Below are positions 63,293 through 64,000 of a stretch of 64,000 nucleotides of DNA, piece after piece. The first letter of the stretch is position 1; every line of letters begins with the position of its first letter. Source of the DNA: an uncultured delta proteobacterium. GTDB lineage: Bacteria > Desulfobacterota > Desulfomonilia > UBA1062. The notes below the pieces were generated by a model, which was given only the letters and a program-made list of their open reading frames with translations, ran no database searches and was not told the DNA's origin. The position numbers and the translations under genes were made by a program. The stretch lies in the NCBI GenBank assembly GCA_963785235.1, contig CAWAUM010000013.1, positions 96,001 through 160,000 on the forward strand. The letters run 5' to 3'.

Positions 63293-64000
63293 TCAATGAT
63301 CCTTGAATATGGCCCTTATCTTGCTGATGTCAAAGACCTCACCCTCGCCTGTATCTTCGCAGAAGGCCTCCATAAAAGGCATTCCGCCCCTGCGGAAGAT
63401 GTTCAACGGGCTGATCTTCCTGGCCTGAATCTCGCCGTAGCCCTGCCTGGGATAAAAAATAATCATGGTCTTGCTCTGATGAAGCGCATCTTCAAAGAGG
63501 ATCTCCCTCCTCGGTCCGTATGGCAGAGGCATTACCATCCCGAAGGGATACACCCCTTCCTTGTGGGTTGTCCTCATGTAAGGTCTCTGTGGAGGCCTCA
63601 AAGGCAGCGGCTTGCCCCAGTCTATGTCATTGTCTCCTTCCCGTGGCCCATCAGCGCTCCTGACCATGACCCCTTTCTTCTCTAAAAACGATGCTATCTC
63701 CTCCTCGCAACGCTCAGGGATGCGGAAGATCCCGGGGAGGACCTCTTCAAGCCCCTTAGGAAGGGTTGCCTTTTCCCCTTCCAGCACCAGGAACGTGCCC
63801 TTGATGATATGTGCCTCCAGATGGGACCTGGACCACCCGGAAATGTTTATCCGGACATTATCCGGGAGTGCGTGCCGGGAGATCCTGTCGAGGAAATTGA
63901 GGATCTTCTCCACGCTCCACCCTTCCTTCAACGCCCGGAACACCGACTCCCTGGTGATCCGGTAGATACTTACAACATCGGCCTGGATGAGGTCTGCTAT
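63293..64000 (-). CDS. Helicase-associated (XPB N-terminal-like) plus WYL-domain protein, 5'-truncated
   Basis: YRITRESVFRAL..G.S.E.IL.FL...S...LPDNV...I..W, then WYL-like RKISPL...MEAFC...VFDISKI. Confidence 0.75.
   Translation of the reverse strand: MADLIQADVVSIYRITRESVFRALKEGWSVEKILNFLDRISRHALPDNVRINISGWSRSHLEAHIIKGTFLVLEGEKATLPKGLEEVLPGIFRIPERCEEEIASFLEKKGVMVRSADGPREGDNDIDWGKPLPLRPPQRPYMRTTHKEGVYPFGMVMPLPYGPRREILFEDALHQSKTMIIFYPRQGYGEIQARKISPLNIFRRGGMPFMEAFCEDTGEGEVFDISKIRAIFKDH

Overview
A 64-kb chromosomal window of moderate GC from what appears to be an anaerobic deltaproteobacterium (Desulfobacterota-like). This taxonomy is inferred from gene content only. The housekeeping backbone comprises rpsU-yqeY-mutS2-dnaG-rpoD, a 2-oxoacid:ferredoxin oxidoreductase pair, a LonC-type protease, ldh, tRNA-Leu(TAG), pyk, glgP, tolQRAB-pal-cpoB, a dcw cluster (mraZ to ftsZ, without ddl) and alr. 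Nine single-base frameshifts, several in essential genes, point to sequencing indel errors. The best candidate for an undescribed system is a minus-strand sigma54 cassette at 7.5-15.8 kb: small protein, divergent RpoH-like sigma, PAS/GAF hybrid kinase, NtrC-type activator, stand-alone 80-aa copy of the activator's HTH, and a PEP-CTERM gene. It carries three -24/-12 promoters, and two of them share the same enhancer layout (paired TCY-N9-GGA palindromes 19 bp apart). Other notable items are an AlkB alkane monooxygenase in an anaerobic-looking genome, a secreted protein with three RRDxRDLxYL repeats, an uncalled 44-aa ORF between mraY and murD, and two GTAG-family REP doublets.
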